A DNA stretch of 59,905 bases from an uncultured Bacilli bacterium (GCA_944332635.1 CALVKI010000016.1:1-59905), one strand, 5' to 3'. Positions 45,775-55,818 are shown, numbered from the stretch's first letter. Numbers and translations are program-made. The notes: generated from the letters alone by a model not told the origin.

Positions 45775-47706
45775 ATGAAAGAATTTGGATTTATAAGAGT
45801 AGGAGCAATCGTTAATAAATTAGTTTTAGCTAATCCACTAAAAAATGCCGAAGAAATCATTAAAGAAATAAGAAAAGCAAAAAAACTAGGAGTATCTATC
45901 ATAACAACACCAGAATTAGCATTAACTGGTTATACCTGCGGTGATTTGTTCTTACAAGATAAATTATTAAGTGATAGTGAAAAAGCCTTAGAAAAAGTTC
46001 TAGAAGAAACAAAAAAACTAGATATTATTTCTATATTAGGAATGCCGATAAAACATAATAATCAGCTATTTAACTGCGCTATTGTAATTAGTAAAGGCAA
46101 AATTTTAGGGATAATTCCTAAAACTTATATTCCAAACCATCAAGAATTTTATGAAGCAAGATGGTTCTCTTCAAGTAAAGAATTAAAAAGTTCTAATATC
46201 CAAATATTAGGCCAAATCACACCAGTAACTACCAATATTTTATTTCAAGATCAAACCTTAAAAGAAGCAATATTTGCTATTGAAATATGCGAGGATTTAT
46301 GGTCTGTAACTCCACCAAGTAATAATCACACCCTAGCCGGAGCAACTATGATTTTCAACTTATCAAGCAGTAATGAATTAATAGGAAAACAAGAATATCG
46401 TAAGAGTTTAGTATCTAGTCAATCAGCTAGAACTATCTCTGCTTATATTTATACATCAAGCGGAATTATGGAATCCACATCAGATATCTTATTCGGTGGT
46501 GCTAGTATGATTTACGAAAACGGATCTAAACTAGCGGAAAATAAACGCTTTGAAATAGAAAGTAATATAATTACTGCCGATATTGATATTTTAAAATTAG
46601 CAAACGATCGCAGAAAAAACAGGAGTTATATGAACATGGTTTCTAACACAGACTATATTACTGTTAAAGTAGATATTGCAAATTCTATAAAAACTTTACA
46701 AAGAGATTACAAAGAATATCCATTTGTTCCATCTAACGAACAAGAAAGAAACAAAAGATGTGAAGAAATTATTGAAATTCAGTCTAGCGCACTCGCTAGA
46801 AGATTACTTCAATTAAAAAATCCAAAATGTGTTATTGGCATGAGTGGCGGTCTAGATTCTACATTAGCTTATTTAGTAATTATTAAAGCCTTTGAAAAAT
46901 TAAACAGAGATAATAAGGATATTATTGGTATTACAATGCCAGGTTTTGGTACTACCAACAGAACTTATCAAAATGCAGTAGACCTTATTAAAGAGTATGG
47001 AGCAACATTAAAAGAAATTAGTATAAAAGAAGCATCTCTTCTTCATATGAAAGATATTGGGCTACCAGAAACTGATAGAAGTATTACCTATGAAAATATA
47101 CAAGCTAGAGAACGCACTCAAATATTAATGGATGTTGCTAATATGGAAAATGGATTAGTAATAGGGACTGGTGATTTATCAGAACTAGCATTAGGATGGT
47201 GTACATATAACGGAGATCATATGAGTATGTATGCAGTAAATACTTCTATTCCAAAAACACTAGTACGCTATTTAGTAGCTTGGGTAAAAGATACAACTAC
47301 TGGTAAAAAGAAAGAAGTACTACAAGATATATTAAACACTCCAATTTCTCCAGAATTATTGCCACCAGATGAAGCTGGAAATATCTTGCAAAAAACAGAA
47401 TCAAGCATTGGTCCATATGTTTTACATGACTTTTTCTTATATCATTTTTTAAGATATGGAGCGACTCCTAAAAAAATTTATGCATTAGCTAAATCAACAT
47501 TTAAAAATAGCTTCTCAGCTGAAGAAATAAAAAAATGGTTAAAAATATTTATTAAGAGATTCTTTACTCAACAATTCAAACGAAATTGTATGCCTGACGG
47601 AGTAAAAGTAGGAAGCATCAGTTTATCACCAAGAGGTGATTTACGTATGCCAAGTGATGCCAATATGGAAACCTGGTTAAAAGAACTTGATGAAATAGAT
47701 AATTAA
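45775..47706 (+). CDS. nadE: Glutamine-dependent NAD+ synthetase (CN-hydrolase plus NAD synthetase domains)
   Basis: N-terminal nitrilase-like domain (ELALTGYTCGDLF, EICEDLW) and a C-terminal PP-loop SGGLDST. Length is 643 aa. Confidence 0.93.
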   Translation: MKEFGFIRVGAIVNKLVLANPLKNAEEIIKEIRKAKKLGVSIITTPELALTGYTCGDLFLQDKLLSDSEKALEKVLEETKKLDIISILGMPIKHNNQLFNCAIVISKGKILGIIPKTYIPNHQEFYEARWFSSSKELKSSNIQILGQITPVTTNILFQDQTLKEAIFAIEICEDLWSVTPPSNNHTLAGATMIFNLSSSNELIGKQEYRKSLVSSQSARTISAYIYTSSGIMESTSDILFGGASMIYENGSKLAENKRFEIESNIITADIDILKLANDRRKNRSYMNMVSNTDYITVKVDIANSIKTLQRDYKEYPFVPSNEQERNKRCEEIIEIQSSALARRLLQLKNPKCVIGMSGGLDSTLAYLVIIKAFEKLNRDNKDIIGITMPGFGTTNRTYQNAVDLIKEYGATLKEISIKEASLLHMKDIGLPETDRSITYENIQARERTQILMDVANMENGLVIGTGDLSELALGWCTYNGDHMSMYAVNTSIPKTLVRYLVAWVKDTTTGKKKEVLQDILNTPISPELLPPDEAGNILQKTESSIGPYVLHDFFLYHFLRYGATPKKIYALAKSTFKNSFSAEEIKKWLKIFIKRFFTQQFKRNCMPDGVKVGSISLSPRGDLRMPSDANMETWLKELDEIDN

Positions 47707-47746
47707 GTTTAAATTTTCAAGATTTGAATATAAAAAGAAAAAAGTG

Positions 47747-47784
47747 TTAACAAAAATATAAATATTAATATAATGTTAATAACA
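47747..47784 (+). promoter_or_regulatory. Promoter with overlapping palindromic operator (NAD regulon, copy 2)
   Basis: TTAACA (47747-47752), 16-nt spacer, TATAAT (47769-47774), TGTTAATAACA at 47774-47784. It carries the same 23-nt block as copy 1. A degenerate third copy lies at 47994-48016 (4 mismatches in 23). Confidence 0.55.
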
Positions 47785-48026
47785 GATGAATAAATCTGTA
47801 AAACTTTTGCAATTTGATGTTAACAAAATAATAAAAAGAAAGAAGATATATTATGGAAATGACAATTAGCAAAGTGCAAGCAGAAAAAAATTTAACAACA
47901 TATTATAGAACAAAAAGTGTATTGTAATGGAATCAAAATAGAAGAAAAACAACAAGTAAAGGCATTTAGAAGATAACAAATTTTTTAAATTAGACATTAA
48001 CATAATGATAATAAGAAGGAATAGAT

Positions 48027-48241
48027 ATGCTTGACATAGCCTATAAAAATCATTGTTTTGATAAACTATACACTACAAACTTGTCATATATTCCAGATGG
48101 GTATAAGAAAAAGAATGGCTAAATACAGTAAATTGTTCAAATAACATCGCTGAAATAATCAATATATTACATGAAGGAGCATCTCTTACAAAGTTAAATA
48201 ACAAAGAAAAAAATATTAACTTTAAGAAAGGAGAAAAATCT
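48027..48241 (+). pseudogene. Remnant of a ribose-phosphate pyrophosphokinase (Prs-like) C-terminus, frameshifted
   Basis: FDKLYTTNLSYIPDGYKKK / EWLNTVNCSNNIAEIINILHEGASLTKL aligns without gaps to the E. coli Prs C-terminus [48 protein letters not shown] (from memory). The frame changes at the A5 run 48108-48112, and the first roughly 250 aa are absent. Confidence 0.45.
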
Positions 48242-48868
48242 ATGAAAATAGGTGTATTTGGAGGAAGTTTTAATCCACCACACAAAATGCATAAAAAAAT
48301 TGCGAAAAACATGATAAAAAAAGGTTACGTAGATAAAGTAATCTTCGTACCAACTGGAACTAAATACAAATACAAAACTAACTTAATATCAAATGAAAAA
48401 AGAGTAGCCATGTTATCACTAATGATAGAAAAAGAAAAAAATATGTTAATTAGTAAATATGAATTGCAAGAAAAAGCAGTATATACATACGAAACTTTAA
48501 CACATTTAAGAAAAAAATATAAAAACGATGATATTTATTTCATATGTGGTACAGATAATTTAAGTTATATTGATAAATGGAAACATGGCAAAGAAATTCT
48601 AGAAAATTATAAAATATTGGTTATTAAAAGAAACACCGACAAGATTGCACCACTACTAGAAAAATATAAGCAATATAGGAAAAATATCATTGTTACAACA
48701 ATAAAAGAAAATGCCATTTCATCAACTAAAATAAGAACTTATTTAAATAAAAATAACAACTTAAAAGCTAGATTATATATTGATAAAACAGTTTATAACT
48801 ATATTAAACAGAATAAGTTATATAATTCTGAAAAAGAAAATATCTATCATATGATTAAAAGTTATTAA
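48242..48868 (+). CDS. nadD: Nicotinate-nucleotide adenylyltransferase
   Basis: IGVFGGSFNPPHKMH (HxGH-type motif) and a later ISSTKIR. Confidence 0.9.
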   Translation: MKIGVFGGSFNPPHKMHKKIAKNMIKKGYVDKVIFVPTGTKYKYKTNLISNEKRVAMLSLMIEKEKNMLISKYELQEKAVYTYETLTHLRKKYKNDDIYFICGTDNLSYIDKWKHGKEILENYKILVIKRNTDKIAPLLEKYKQYRKNIIVTTIKENAISSTKIRTYLNKNNNLKARLYIDKTVYNYIKQNKLYNSEKENIYHMIKSY

Positions 48869-48938
48869 AAATATGATAAAGTAGAATTAAATATAAAAAA
48901 ATAGATATTTTAATAATATAAAGTAAAGGAGAAAAAAC

Positions 48939-49412
48939 ATGGATTTTAAAGAAATAATACATATTTTACAAAAAGAAAGAAAAACAATTGCCACTATGGA
49001 GTCTTGTACTGGCGGTGGTGTTGCTAATGCAATTACAAATTGTGAAGGAGCAAGCGAAGTATTAAAATTTAGTGCTGTTACTTATTCAAATGAATATAAA
49101 ATAAAAATGGGTGTATCAAGTGAAGTGATTGACAAATTTACAGTTTATAGTATGGAAACAGCAGATGAGATGAGTAAAAATATTACTAAATTTGCTAGAA
49201 GCGATTACGGAGTTGGTATTACAGGGCAATTAAATAGACAAGATCCTGCAAATCCAGTAGGAAAAGATAATGTTGTTTATGTTAGTATTTATGACAGTAA
49301 AAATAATAAATATTATAGAGATACTATGGAAGTTTATAAAGAAAGTAGAAAGCTTAATAAAGAGCATGTAATTGAAAGAATTATCGAAATGTTGCTAGAA
49401 ATATTAAAATAG
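48939..49412 (+). CDS. pncC: Nicotinamide-nucleotide amidohydrolase (stand-alone CinA C-terminal domain)
   Basis: TIATMESCTGGGVANAITNCEGASEVLKFSAVTYSNEYK is typical of the CinA/PncC domain. Length is 157 aa. Confidence 0.8.
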   Translation: MDFKEIIHILQKERKTIATMESCTGGGVANAITNCEGASEVLKFSAVTYSNEYKIKMGVSSEVIDKFTVYSMETADEMSKNITKFARSDYGVGITGQLNRQDPANPVGKDNVVYVSIYDSKNNKYYRDTMEVYKESRKLNKEHVIERIIEMLLEILK

Positions 49413-49457
49413 CGACATTTTTTCTAAAATATGTTATAATCAATCTATAAATAAGAG

Positions 49458-50297
49458 GTGATTAATTTGAAAAAAGAATATAAAACTGAAGAAGAATTTT
49501 TAAAAGATTATAATCCAAAAGATTTTGACCAATTATCAATGACTTCAGATATATTATTAATTAGCGTTTCAGATGAAGAAAGTAATAATTATCGTAAAAC
49601 AAGTAAAAAAATGATGAGCATCCTATTAGTAAAAAGAGATGATTACCCCTATAAAGGTAAATGGTGTCTACCAGGTGGTTTTTTAAATCCTAAAACAGAA
49701 ACCCTTGAAGATTGTGCTAAAAGAGTATTAAAAACAGAAACAAATCTATCTAATATTTACTTAGAACAATTATATACTTATGATGCAATAAATAGAGATC
49801 CAAGAACAAGAGTAGTATCAACTTCTTATATTGCTTTAGTAGATAAAAATAAATTAACTGAAATGATTAACCCAAATGCATCTTGGTTTGATGTTGTACT
49901 TTTAGAAGAAAAAAATAATGTAGTAGACATTACATTAGATAATGGAAAAGATACTATCCATCTAGCTATCAAAAAAGAATTAAGAGAAAAAACAACCGAC
50001 AGATATCGTTTTATAGAAGTAAAAAATGATGCTTTAGCATTCGACCACGCACTAGTTATACTAGCTGGTCTTGAAAGACTAAAAAACAAACTAAATTATA
50101 CTGATATTGTCTTTAATATGATGCCAGAATACTTTACATTAGGTGAATTACAACAAGTATATGAAGTAATATTAAATAAAAAGTTATTAGATCCAGCATT
50201 TAGAAGAATTATAGCTAGTAAAGTAGCAAAAACTAACAAGATGAAAACTGGAGAAGGTCATCGTCCATCCGCATTATTTAAATATAAAGGAAAATAA
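49458..50297 (+). CDS. nrtR: NrtR-type Nudix-related transcriptional regulator
   Basis: N-terminal Nudix fold with a degenerate box (GKWCLPGGFLNPKTETLEDCAKRVLKTETN) and a C-terminal winged-helix region (PEYFTLGELQQVYEVILNKKLLDPAFRR). The start may be GTG at 49458 or TTG at 49467. Confidence 0.75.
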   Translation: MINLKKEYKTEEEFLKDYNPKDFDQLSMTSDILLISVSDEESNNYRKTSKKMMSILLVKRDDYPYKGKWCLPGGFLNPKTETLEDCAKRVLKTETNLSNIYLEQLYTYDAINRDPRTRVVSTSYIALVDKNKLTEMINPNASWFDVVLLEEKNNVVDITLDNGKDTIHLAIKKELREKTTDRYRFIEVKNDALAFDHALVILAGLERLKNKLNYTDIVFNMMPEYFTLGELQQVYEVILNKKLLDPAFRRIIASKVAKTNKMKTGEGHRPSALFKYKGK

Positions 50298-51089
50298 ATG
50301 AAAAACGTAAGATTATTCGTAAATAATAATGAAAAATCATTAGATATTGCTAATAACATCCAAAAAAAACTAGAAAAGAAAAATTTTCAAATTGTTGAAG
50401 AAGATTATGAAATAGCTATTGCTATAGGCGGAGACGGTTCTTTTCTAAGAATGGTAAAAGAAGCCAATTTTAATGATAAATGTATCTATGTAGGAATCAA
50501 TGCTGGAACCTTAGGTTTTGCTCAGGAAATTAACCTAGATGAAATAAATGAATTTGTTAAAGTTCTAGAACACAATGAATTTAAAATAGAAGAAATCGGT
50601 ATTGCAGAAATAGAAATAGCAACACCAGATAGTAACTCAAAGCAATTAGCGCTAAATGAAATTGTTGTTAGAGATTTAGATTTAAACACAACCAACTTAA
50701 AAATAGAAATAGAGAATAACCTACTAGAAAATTATGTAGGAGATGGTATTTTAATATCTACATCCTTTGGTTCAACTGCTTATAATTTAAGTTTTGGTGG
50801 AAGTATTGTTTACAATACCTTTCATACACTGCAAATAACACCTATTGCGCCACTAAATAATAAAACCTATAGAAATCTATTAAATTCTGTTATCGTTCCA
50901 AGTAACAAAGAAATTATTATTACTCCAGAAAACAGAACAAAAAATTTGCTAATCACCATTGATGGAGATAATAATGAATATAAAAAAGTTGAAAAAATTA
51001 GTGTAAAAGTAGAAGAAAGAACTATAAAGGTATTTAGAAAAAAAGATTACAACTTCATTGATAAAATTAATAATAAATTTTTAAAATAG
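50298..51089 (+). CDS. nadK: NAD kinase
   Basis: GGDGSFLR motif and DGILISTSFGSTAYNLSFGG. Its ATG abuts the nrtR stop. Confidence 0.9.
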   Translation: MKNVRLFVNNNEKSLDIANNIQKKLEKKNFQIVEEDYEIAIAIGGDGSFLRMVKEANFNDKCIYVGINAGTLGFAQEINLDEINEFVKVLEHNEFKIEEIGIAEIEIATPDSNSKQLALNEIVVRDLDLNTTNLKIEIENNLLENYVGDGILISTSFGSTAYNLSFGGSIVYNTFHTLQITPIAPLNNKTYRNLLNSVIVPSNKEIIITPENRTKNLLITIDGDNNEYKKVEKISVKVEERTIKVFRKKDYNFIDKINNKFLK

Positions 51090-51133
51090 ACATAATAAAT
51101 TGTAAATAAAGAAATACTAATATTGGTGATATT

Positions 51134-52066
51134 GTGAAAATTAAATTAGGATACGCATGCATTAGTGAAACACTAAATGCAAATTATAAAACATATACTT
51201 ACAGTAATTTTATAAAAGAAAAAAATGAGAAAAAATTAGAGGAGATAATTACCTCTAATCTTTTTCATTTACAAGAATTATTAAAATATAATAATAGAAA
51301 CAACATTCATTTTTTTAGAATCTCTTCAAACCTAATTCCTTTAGCAACAAAGAAAGAAGTAAACATTAACTACTATACTAAATACAAATCTAATTACTTA
51401 GAAATAGAAAGAGAAATTAAGAAAAATAATATGAGGGTAGATTTTCACCCCAGTGAATATTGTGTGTTAAACAGCACTAAAAAAGAAGTAGTAGACCAAA
51501 GTATAGAAATACTAAAATATCACTATAAGCTACTTTGTTATTTAAAAGTAGAAAATCCATTACTAATTCTACATATAGGAAGCAAAGAATTTGGCAAAGA
51601 AAAATCTTTAACAAGATTTATCAATAATTTTCAAAAATTACCAAAAAATATCCAAAAAGTAATTGCTATAGAAAACGATGACAAATCATTTAATATAGAA
51701 GATTGTATAAACCTATCCAAAAAAATAGATGTACCCATAATACTAGATTATCACCATCATATTTGTAATCCTAGTAGACAAAACATCAAAGAACTATTAC
51801 CCCAAATATTAAAAACTTGGAAAACTACACCTAAAATGCATTTTTCTTCACCAAAAAGTAAATTAAAAAAAGAGTACCGTTCTCATAATGATTATATTAA
51901 TATAGATGAGTTTATAATCTTTTTAAATATCATAAAAAAAGAAAAAGCAGATATTGATATTATGATAGAAGCAAAGAAAAAAGACGAAGCATTATTTAGG
52001 CTAGTTAGAGAACTAAAATATAAAAGTAATGTATTCTTTTTAGATGAAACAACTTTTGTGATATAA
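51134..52066 (+). CDS. uvsE: UV damage endonuclease
   Basis: KLGYACIS, FFRISSNLIPLA, FHPSEY, LILHIGS and AIENDDKSF follow B. subtilis UvsE. The start is a GTG. Confidence 0.85.
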   Translation: MKIKLGYACISETLNANYKTYTYSNFIKEKNEKKLEEIITSNLFHLQELLKYNNRNNIHFFRISSNLIPLATKKEVNINYYTKYKSNYLEIEREIKKNNMRVDFHPSEYCVLNSTKKEVVDQSIEILKYHYKLLCYLKVENPLLILHIGSKEFGKEKSLTRFINNFQKLPKNIQKVIAIENDDKSFNIEDCINLSKKIDVPIILDYHHHICNPSRQNIKELLPQILKTWKTTPKMHFSSPKSKLKKEYRSHNDYINIDEFIIFLNIIKKEKADIDIMIEAKKKDEALFRLVRELKYKSNVFFLDETTFVI

Positions 52067-52089
52067 TACAGAAGAAAGGAAGAAGTATA

Positions 52090-52806
52090 ATGAATCAAAA
52101 AATAGGTATTCTAGACTCGGGTATAGGAGGAACAACTATATTAAAAGAAATAAAAAAATTATTACCTAAAGAAGAATTCATTTATTATGCAGACAACAAA
52201 AACAACCCTTATGGAGAAAAAACAGAAGAAGAAATTTATAAAATTGTAAATAATATTGTAAAGTTTTTGATGTATGAAAAAAAATGTAAAATGATAGTAA
52301 TTGCCTGTAATACGGCAACAACTCGTTGCATGAAAAGGTTAAAAGAACAATACAAAGAAATACCTTTTGTAGGAACCGTTCCTGCCATTAAGGTTGCCTG
52401 TGATAATAATTATAAAAACACTCTTGTATTAGCAACACCAGCAACTATTGATTCTAAAAGAACTCACGAACTAATAAAAGAAAATAAAAAAGCAGGGCAA
52501 GAAATAACCCTAATATCGTGTGATGGACTTGCTAATGCTATTGAAAACAAAAACAAAAAAAGAATAAATGAAATATTAGAAAAAATAAAACAGAAGACAA
52601 AAAATAAAAATGTAGATTCCATTGTTTTAGGATGTACTCATTACCCATTAATAAAAAAAGAAATCAACGAATTTTTCCCCAATGTTACATTATTAGATAG
52701 TTCTTTAGGAGTTGCTAAACAAGTAAAAAGACAATTAAAAAAATATAATATAGAAAACTTAAACGGTACTGGAGAAGTAGAATTTATATATTCAAAAAAC
52801 AATTAA
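52090..52806 (+). CDS. murI: Glutamate racemase
   Basis: IGILDSGIGGTTILKEI, YYADNKNNPYGEKT, ACNTAT, LGCTHYP. Confidence 0.9.
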   Translation: MNQKIGILDSGIGGTTILKEIKKLLPKEEFIYYADNKNNPYGEKTEEEIYKIVNNIVKFLMYEKKCKMIVIACNTATTRCMKRLKEQYKEIPFVGTVPAIKVACDNNYKNTLVLATPATIDSKRTHELIKENKKAGQEITLISCDGLANAIENKNKKRINEILEKIKQKTKNKNVDSIVLGCTHYPLIKKEINEFFPNVTLLDSSLGVAKQVKRQLKKYNIENLNGTGEVEFIYSKNN

Positions 52807-52854
52807 AAATTTACTCTTTTAATTTTTTGTAATATAATTAATTAAGGTGATAAT

Positions 52855-53466
52855 ATGAATAATACAGAGTTTTATAGTGTAATAAAGCCAATATTAAAAG
52901 GATTATTTAACGTCTTTTTTCACCCAAATGTTAAAGGAATTGATAACTTACCAAAAAATCAAAACTATGTACTAGCTGGAAATCATACAAAATGGCTAGA
53001 TCCATTAATGTTAATTGCTGTAGTACCAAAACAAGTACATTTTTTAGCAAAAGACTCTTTGTTTAAAGGAATTACAAAGCCCTTTTTAAAAGGTGCTGGA
53101 GCAATACCAGTAAATCGTAAAATTCATGATCACCAAGCCTTAGACAGTGCAATAAAAGCTTTAAATGAAGGCGATATAATTGGAATTTTCCCAGAGGGAA
53201 CAATTAACAGAGAAAAGAAAACACCAACGCTACCATTTAAAATAGGAGCAGTAAAGATGGCTAATACCACATCACGATTAATAGTTCCTTTTGTTATTAC
53301 AGGAAAATATAAATTATTTTCTTCTAAAATAACTATTGAATTTCTAGACCCAAGAAAAATATCTAATAATTTAGATAAAGAAAACCAAAAATTAAGAGAA
53401 GAAATAGATAAAAAATTGGAGGACTATTATGAACGTAATCAATCTAATAAAACAAAAGATGATTAA
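52855..53466 (+). CDS. plsC: 1-acyl-sn-glycerol-3-phosphate acyltransferase family protein
   Basis: HX4D motif AGNHTKWLDP and FPEGTINRE. Confidence 0.8.
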   Translation: MNNTEFYSVIKPILKGLFNVFFHPNVKGIDNLPKNQNYVLAGNHTKWLDPLMLIAVVPKQVHFLAKDSLFKGITKPFLKGAGAIPVNRKIHDHQALDSAIKALNEGDIIGIFPEGTINREKKTPTLPFKIGAVKMANTTSRLIVPFVITGKYKLFSSKITIEFLDPRKISNNLDKENQKLREEIDKKLEDYYERNQSNKTKDD

Positions 53467-55150
53467 AACACCATGGTCAAAATATTATAAAAAAGAAGAA
53501 AGGAAAATAAAAATAGAGGATATTTCAATATATGAAATGTTAAAAAAAAGTAGTGTAGGAAGAGAAAAAAATATCGCTCTAAACTATTATGGAAAACAAA
53601 TAAACTACAAAGAATTTCTACATAGAATAAATCAAGCAACTAATTCTTTTCGTAGTCAAGGAATAAGACGAGGAGATGTGGTAACAATATGTATGCCAAA
53701 CACTCCAGAAGCTTTAATTTCTTTTTATGCTATTAATAAGATTGGTGCTATAGCAAACATGATTCATCCACTATCTGGAGAAAAAGAAATTAAGGAATAT
53801 CTAAATTCAACGCATAGTGTCATGTTAATTATGATAGATATTTGTTATGAAAAGGTCAAAAATATAATAAAAGAAACAGATGTTTATAAAACTATAGTAA
53901 TATCAGCAAGCGATTCTATGAACTTTTTACTAGCTTTTGGATATCAGATAACTCAAGGATATAAAGTACAAAAACCAAAAAGAAGTGAAGAATACGTATA
54001 TTGGAAAGATTTCATAAGAAAAGGATTAAACTATCATGCTAAAGAAGACTATCATGCAACCAAAGATACCCCAGCAGTAATACTACATAGTGGAGGAACA
54101 ACAGGAAGTCCTAAAGGAATTATCCTAACAAACGGCAATTTTAATGCATTAACAGAACAAGCAAAAATTGCTTTTAAAGAAGTAAAGCCTAGTGAAAAAG
54201 TTTTAGCAATTATGCCAATATTTCATGGATTTGGTTTAGGAGTATCTATTAATGCTCCTCTTGATTTAGGCTGTGAGGTAATTTTAATACCACAATTTAA
54301 TGCTAAAAAATTTGATAAATTAATTGAAAAATATAAACCAAATATCCTATTTGGAGTACCAACTTTATTTGAAGCTTTAATTAATACAAAAAATGAGCGG
54401 CTAAATTTAAGTATGGTCAAATATATGATTAGTGGTGGAGATAGTTTATCACCATCTCTTGAAAGAAGAATAAATGTTTATTTATCTAATCACGGAGCTA
54501 GTATTACAATTTCTCAAGGTTATGGTATGACAGAAGCCCTAGCTGCTGTTGCCTTATCATTTGGAAAAGCAAATAAATCTGGAAGTATCGGAATTCCTTT
54601 ACCTGGAAATTATATGAAAATCGTAAAACCCGGAACTCAAGATGAAGTTCCATATGGAGAAGATGGAGAAATTTGTATTAGCGGACCTACTGTAATGGTA
54701 GGATACTTAGATAATGAAAAAGAAACAAACGAAATGTTACAAATTCACAAAGATGGTATGATTTGGTTACATACTGGAGATATTGGCATGATGGACGAAG
54801 ATGGAGTCATTTATTATAAGCAAAGACTAAAAAGAATGATTATTTCAAGTGGATACAATATCTATCCCGCCTATGTAGAACAAGTAATAGAAGAACATCC
54901 AGCAGTACTAAAATGTACAGTTGTTGGAATACCATATCCATACAAAATAGAAGTACCAAAAGCATTTATAGTATTAAAAAATGGATATAATCCATTAACT
55001 GTAAAGAAAAGTATTAAAGAACACTGTAAAAAGAATTTGGCTAAATACGCTATACCAGCAGACTTTGAATATCGTAAAAGCCTACCAAAAACTTTAATTG
55101 GAAAAGTAGATTTCAAAAAACTACAAGAAGAAAGTAGAGAACAAAAATGA
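53459..55150 (+). CDS. AMP-dependent long-chain fatty acid-CoA/ACP ligase
   Basis: AMP-binding signature ILHSGGTTGSPKGI, GYGMTE, TGDIGMMDEDG and a C-terminal GKVDFKKL. ATG at 53459 overlaps the plsC stop (ATGATTAA). Confidence 0.85.
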   Translation: MIKTPWSKYYKKEERKIKIEDISIYEMLKKSSVGREKNIALNYYGKQINYKEFLHRINQATNSFRSQGIRRGDVVTICMPNTPEALISFYAINKIGAIANMIHPLSGEKEIKEYLNSTHSVMLIMIDICYEKVKNIIKETDVYKTIVISASDSMNFLLAFGYQITQGYKVQKPKRSEEYVYWKDFIRKGLNYHAKEDYHATKDTPAVILHSGGTTGSPKGIILTNGNFNALTEQAKIAFKEVKPSEKVLAIMPIFHGFGLGVSINAPLDLGCEVILIPQFNAKKFDKLIEKYKPNILFGVPTLFEALINTKNERLNLSMVKYMISGGDSLSPSLERRINVYLSNHGASITISQGYGMTEALAAVALSFGKANKSGSIGIPLPGNYMKIVKPGTQDEVPYGEDGEICISGPTVMVGYLDNEKETNEMLQIHKDGMIWLHTGDIGMMDEDGVIYYKQRLKRMIISSGYNIYPAYVEQVIEEHPAVLKCTVVGIPYPYKIEVPKAFIVLKNGYNPLTVKKSIKEHCKKNLAKYAIPADFEYRKSLPKTLIGKVDFKKLQEESREQK

Positions 55151-55752
55151 AAACAAAGGTAAAAGAAAAAATGTTACCCTACAAAATATTAAAACCGATT
55201 TTAGGTCCAATCTTTAAACTATATTATAACCCTAAGATAATAGGCAAAGAAAATATTCCAAAAGAAGGTCCAATCTTAATTGTAGGGAATCATAAGCATT
55301 TATATGATCAATGCCTAGCAATTCTTGCCACTAAAAGACCAATTCACTATATGGCAAAAAAAGAATACTTTGATGGTAAAATGGCTTGGTTTTTCAAAAT
55401 GGCTGGATGTATTCCAGTAGATAGAAAGAAAAAAGATGAAAATGCAACCAAAAAAGCTATAGAAGTTTTAAATAATGGTTTTGCTTTAGGACTATTTCCA
55501 GAAGGAACGAGAAACAAAACAAAAGAATTTCTATTACCATTCAAATTTGGAACAGTATCAATGGCTAAGAAAACAAATGCAACCATTGTACCATTTGGAT
55601 TAACTGGAGATTATAAATTCAGAAGTGAAAATTTAACAATTCGCTTTGGAAAGCCATATAAAATTACAGAAGACTTAGAAACAGAAAATAAAAAACTTGA
55701 ACAAAAAGTTGCTGCATTAATGAAAGAAAGTTTAAAAAGCAGTGGTAAATAG
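55147..55752 (+). CDS. Second PlsC-type lysophospholipid acyltransferase
   Basis: HX4D motif VGNHKHLYDQ and FPEGTRNK. There is an ATGA overlap with the ligase stop. Confidence 0.8.
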   Translation: MKTKVKEKMLPYKILKPILGPIFKLYYNPKIIGKENIPKEGPILIVGNHKHLYDQCLAILATKRPIHYMAKKEYFDGKMAWFFKMAGCIPVDRKKKDENATKKAIEVLNNGFALGLFPEGTRNKTKEFLLPFKFGTVSMAKKTNATIVPFGLTGDYKFRSENLTIRFGKPYKITEDLETENKKLEQKVAALMKESLKSSGK

Positions 55753-55760
55753 TGTCAAAT

Positions 55761-55794
55761 AAAGAAAGTTTCAACAATAAGAACTTTCTTTTTA
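55761..55794 (+). terminator. Rho-independent terminator
   Basis: AAAGAAAGTT / AACTTTCTTT arms followed by Ts. Confidence 0.65.
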
Positions 55795-55818
55795 TGATAA
55801 TATTAAAATGGTGATAGT

